Positions 62,950-64,000 of a stretch of DNA of 64,000 nt are shown piece by piece. The stretch is taken from assembly GCF_009914755.1 (NCBI RefSeq), contig NC_060932.1. One strand, given 5' to 3'. Origin of the DNA: the human T2T-CHM13v2.0 reference genome, Homo sapiens. Positions within the stretch are counted from its first letter, which is position 1. Each line of letters starts with the position of its first letter. The notes under the pieces are model-generated. The model did not search any database and had not been told where the DNA came from. It saw nothing but the letters and a program-made list of their open reading frames with translations. Made by a program: the position numbers and the translations under genes.

Positions 62950-64000
62950 ATCTATATATATTTTTATTATATCTTTACAAACTTTTTTTTACTTTTAAAA
63001 CTCATTTAAAGCTTTATATTTTGTTATGCTCAGAATATATACTCAGTAAAAGTGTACTATTGCAACTTCATAATCTATTTGTCAAAAGAAAATCATAGGA
63101 AATTATTCACAAAAAGAATATAAAAAGATCAATTACATAATTAAGGGCTCAGTGTTGTAATATGGACTGAAAATACTTTAGGAGTTCAAAGAAAGAAAAT
63201 ATTTATGAGAGAGTAAACAATTCTTAGAGAAAATAGAAACTGAGTTCAGCTTTGATTTTCTATAGTAAGAAGATTCCTTTATTTTTGCATAGGACCATAT
63301 ATGAGCTTAGCCTTGAAGTAAGTTGTGATGGAGCTCACTATTAGAGCAATACAGGAAGTACACAAGGCAGAACAGGCACAAAATGGCCTAAGCTATCTGT
63401 GGGGCTATCCCTAGAGGGGTGGAATCAAGGTCTAAATCATGTCTGGGAGGACTGGCAAGGCTGGTACTCAGACAGAGGGCATCTACTCTTATGGATGGCA
63501 AGTGTCATCAAAAGGCAGTAGCATGTCAAGAGGCTGTCATGATCTTGGGGACAAATGCTCCAGTCTAAAGCAGAGCCGCAGTATTTGACGAGTGTCCAAG
63601 GATAAGATTTAACTCTGTGACAGAGGGGTTAGAAAGTGCTTAGTAGGTTCCAGGGAGTGTCCTACACCTATGAAAAGGGTATTGTTTGGAGCAGTGTCTG
63701 ATTTCCAGCAATAACTTTGAATACCAACCAAGAAATAGGGCTGAAGCCAAACAATATGGATAATGGCATCATCACTGGGAATTCTAAAGAGAAGACACAG
63801 GTGCCCAAGGAGCTTATCCCAAACCCATTAGATAGACATCTTCAGTCATCAAAGCTGAGTTCAGATTCTACCTGCTGGTATAAATAGGGCTTCTAAAACA
63901 TAGTCACATTTGGGCTCCAGATTAGGGTGGAGCTGAGCTTGTAACATCAAAGTTCTTTGTGACCTGCAGTTGAACAGAGTTTGGAAAGTCAGAAGCTGAC

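Overview
Repeat-dense, AT-rich primate (probably human or great ape) intergenic/intronic DNA with no CpG island and no recognisable host protein-coding exon. The longer ORFs in the track come mostly from L1, Alu or LTR sequence. The window holds a full-length but disabled L1PA3/4 (30448-36628, minus), a young L1PA2-like fragment, about 19 Alus, a full THE1 provirus nested in MER21, solo LTRs (MLT2A, MER93-like, LTR1-family, THE1, LTR33, MLT1), DNA transposon relics (MER44, MER58, hAT-Charlie-like) and old L1M/L2/MIR pieces. The most unusual structure is an inverted AluY pair at 61.7-63.0 kb: the second Alu carries a 37-bp copy of the first Alu's unique 5' flank inside its own TSD, suggesting a local 5' transduction or template-switch insertion. 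Other points of interest are a short 3' transduction on the full-length L1, an open extended ORF0 plus the retained ZNF93-target segment, a head-to-head MER21 fusion, and a TSD whose CpG decayed in opposite directions. Repeat subfamily names are recalled from consensus sequences and need RepeatMasker/Dfam confirmation. Boundaries of old repeats are approximate.
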